Below, one piece after another: positions 30,996 to 32,728 of a DNA stretch of 32,728 bases. A program made the position numbers and the translations under genes. Below the pieces are notes generated by a model. That model saw nothing but the letters and a program-made list of their open reading frames with translations. It was not told the origin of the DNA and ran no database searches. Positions within the stretch are counted from its first letter, which is position 1, and every line of letters starts with the position of its first letter. The stretch is from a virus, in IMG/VR virus record IMGVR_UViG_3300045988_120863. One strand, given 5' to 3'.

Positions 30996-31881
30996 TTTCG
31001 TATTCCTCCTCATAGTCTGCAAGATCGGAGAACTCCATTTGTCCCGGGAGTACCCCGTCCTCCATCCACCAATGAAAACAGTCAAGCCCGGTTCGCCAGT
31101 CTGTCGGGAGATTTCGGCGGAGGCGTTCTTTAATCATGTTGTCAAACGCCCGAATATACATTTTTTCGTATTGTGGATAACGGAAAAACTCTTTTTGTCG
31201 TCCCGCTGTTCCGGCCATAGGACACCCAATGCACCCGACCCGTGAATAACCGCACTCGTAGAGGGGATTTATTTCGATCTTTTCGGCCTCGATATAATCC
31301 CAAACGTCCGAGTCTTTCCAATCGACGATAGGGTTACAAATCCGCTTCGCCTTTAGGGTGCAAGTCTCAAATAAACGGCGGCGGTCGTCGTTGTCGTTAT
31401 TCAATATCACTTTTTTGGAGATGTCCGAGGGCATGGTCTCATATATTCCGCGGCTATTTTTCCGCTTGACCGACTCGGCCCAGCGAACGCCCGTTGTGAT
31501 AAAGCGTCCGCTCCCGCCGCGTTCTTTTAATACAGAACAGCAATAGCGAACGAGCCGGGTCGGTGGCATGAGCTTTTGCGGGATCAGGTTCCACATGGAG
31601 GTACGCTTTCCTTTGTAGACGGGCATATTTACGGCGCATTTTATTCCCTTGTCCTCGAAGTGCTGGAATTTCTTGCGGATAAAATAGACCGTCTCGGGCG
31701 CGTCCGCGGTTGTGTGATTGTGCATAACTTCAAACGGTATTCCCGCCCGCTCGGCGAGGTGAGTACAAATCGAGCTGTCTTTTCCGCCTGAGTCAGTAAT
31801 TACGAGGGGCGTCTTGTAAACTTGGAGGGCCATTTCCGACGCGGCGCGGAGGCGTTGGATTGCGGTTTGCTCTAAATCCAT
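30988..31881 (-). CDS. PAPS-reductase-family (ATP-PPase fold) protein, 297 aa
   Basis: Start at ATG 31881 (MDLEQTAIQRL). The P-loop-like motif is VITDSGGKDSS. CNPIVDWKDSDVWDYI and a Cys cluster GCIGCPMAG are also present. Confidence 0.65.
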   Translation of the reverse strand: MDLEQTAIQRLRAASEMALQVYKTPLVITDSGGKDSSICTHLAERAGIPFEVMHNHTTADAPETVYFIRKKFQHFEDKGIKCAVNMPVYKGKRTSMWNLIPQKLMPPTRLVRYCCSVLKERGGSGRFITTGVRWAESVKRKNSRGIYETMPSDISKKVILNNDNDDRRRLFETCTLKAKRICNPIVDWKDSDVWDYIEAEKIEINPLYECGYSRVGCIGCPMAGTAGRQKEFFRYPQYEKMYIRAFDNMIKERLRRNLPTDWRTGLDCFHWWMEDGVLPGQMEFSDLADYEEEYEIE

Positions 31882-32108
31882 GTGCCCGAGCCTCCTTTTT
31901 CGGCCCAGCGCACGACCCCGCGAGGAGTAACGCAAACGTCGTCCTCGGCCTCTTGCTTTAGCCACTCGTCCCACATAATCACCGTTTCGGGATCAGGCAT
32001 TTTCAGTTTATAAGAGCACCCTTTCGCCTCGAGGGCGTCGTCCTGGATCATGCAAAGGAAATCCGCTAAATTCTGCGGGCTTTGTGTCACGATCTGAAAA
32101 TTTGTCAT
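31872..32108 (-). CDS. Hypothetical protein (78 aa)
   Basis: ATG at 32108 forms an ATGA overlap with the upstream gene. The track's N-terminal extension is Arg/Pro-rich. Confidence 0.45.
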   Translation of the reverse strand: MTNFQIVTQSPQNLADFLCMIQDDALEAKGCSYKLKMPDPETVIMWDEWLKQEAEDDVCVTPRGVVRWAEKGGSGTWI

Positions 32109-32353
32109 ATCGCGGCCCCTCTCGGTGCGGACGCGGCAGGGCGGAGGATCGTCGTATAGAGCCACTCTCCGGCAAGGTCTTTGTAAACGATCAAATCCTC
32201 CCCGAGCGCCCAAAAATCAGGGCGGCTATATGCAATTTTGAGATTTGCGCGGCGGCGCTTGACTTCCGGGGCCGAAATATACTCCGCTCTTATTTTCTTG
32301 ATCCTGGGCCCGCGCCTGTGATCGAGCACCTCTATTTCGATTGTTCTCGTCAT
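32105..32353 (-). CDS. Hypothetical protein (82 aa)
   Basis: AAAGGAG RBS. Second gene of the early operon. Confidence 0.5.
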   Translation of the reverse strand: MTRTIEIEVLDHRRGPRIKKIRAEYISAPEVKRRRANLKIAYSRPDFWALGEDLIVYKDLAGEWLYTTILRPAASAPRGAAI

Positions 32354-32384
32354 GGTATGGTAATCTCCTTTCGGGTGGTCGGCC

Positions 32385-32639
32385 TTATATGGCCGCCTGT
32401 CGTTTGCCGCGGGACTTCTGAAAATTCCGCTCGGCGGTGATCTGCGCGACCTTTGCGCTATACACGCGGAAACCGTACTTGTCTACGGCCCCGGTATAAC
32501 CGTTCCTCAATTCGCGGTAGATCGTCGCGGGGTGGACGCCGATTTTCTCGGCTATGAGGGCCACCGGGGCCCGGTCATTGTGGAGCCGCTCAATAGTCGC
32601 CCGATCTTCCGGCCCGATGTATCGGAGTTTTTGGCCCAT
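32385..32639 (-). CDS. Stand-alone IS30-type HTH (HTH_38-like) DNA-binding protein, 84 aa
   Basis: ATG at 32639 with AAAGGAGG upstream. IGPEDRATIERLHNDRAPVALIAEKIGVHPATIYRELRNG aligns with residues of the transposase N-terminus at about 14/41 identities, including the TIYRE core. Confidence 0.7.
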   Translation of the reverse strand: MGQKLRYIGPEDRATIERLHNDRAPVALIAEKIGVHPATIYRELRNGYTGAVDKYGFRVYSAKVAQITAERNFQKSRGKRQAAI

Positions 32640-32660
32640 TTCTCCGGCCTCCTTTCGTGT

Positions 32661-32713
32661 AAAATAAAAAAGTGAAGTGCGTCCGAGGCCTTGCGACCTC
32701 TTTCGCACTTCAC
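32661..32713 (-). terminator. Strong rho-independent terminator downstream of the transposase gene (spans the assembly repeat)
   Basis: On the minus strand: GTGAAGTGCG-aaa-GAGGTC-gcaa-GGCCTC-gga-CGCACTTCAC followed by TTTTTTATTTT. Confidence 0.7.
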
Positions 32714-32728
32714 TATACAATCAACATA
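32674..32728. repeat. Terminal direct repeat, copy 2 (exact duplicate of 1-55)
   Basis: 55/55 identity with the window start. Confidence 0.95.

Noticed and set aside
1-32728. tRNA, rRNA or CRISPR arrays
   Set aside because: I saw no cloverleaf-compatible segments in the few non-coding gaps and no regularly spaced direct repeats. Nearly the whole window is accounted for by protein-coding genes.

Overview
This window is a complete, circularly assembled phage genome of about 32.67 kb: bases 1-55 recur exactly at 32674-32728. It is a high-GC siphovirus with Gram-positive (Clostridia-like) signals: AGGAGG ribosome-binding sites (RBSs), a lipobox lipoprotein, and an XhlA/holin/NlpC-P60 lysis cassette. 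Every gene but one is on the minus strand, and many are joined by ATGA/GTGA start-stop overlaps. In transcription order (right to left) the genome carries: (1) an early operon with a small IS30-type HTH protein, a PAPS-reductase-like protein, a HAD-like hydrolase and hypotheticals; (2) an HUH rolling-circle Rep, a MazG-like protein, a sigma-region-4-like regulator and an HNH endonuclease; (3) a GC-tract-rich probable cos region, then TerS/TerL, HK97-type portal/protease/capsid and neck proteins; (4) the major tail protein, the G/GT chaperone, one antisense lipoprotein moron, the tape measure, Dit/Tal and fibres; (5) a diversity-generating retroelement (DGR), the lysis cassette, an XRE regulator, an RHH protein and an IS30-family DDE transposase. 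The main findings are as follows. (a) A bona fide DGR: a 143-bp TR/VR pair differs at 10 positions, all of them TR adenines, and it diversifies the C-terminal tip of a 684-aa tail fibre. It has no Avd gene, its RT motif C reads YIDN, and two GC hairpins lie just 3' of VR. (b) A DDE transposase is the only recombinase; it has no recognisable inverted repeats, and a stand-alone paralogue of its HTH domain heads the early operon. (c) An A7 slippery site one codon before the capsid stop opens a start-less -1 frame encoding an Ig-like domain. (d) An independently promoted and terminated lipoprotein gene sits antisense between the tail chaperone and the tape measure; its operator-like inverted repeat shares a 13-mer with the XRE upstream region. 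(e) A promoter-plus-terminator unit predicts a ~70-nt antisense RNA upstream of rep. No tRNA, rRNA or CRISPR array was seen. All family assignments come from motif reading by eye, not from database searches.
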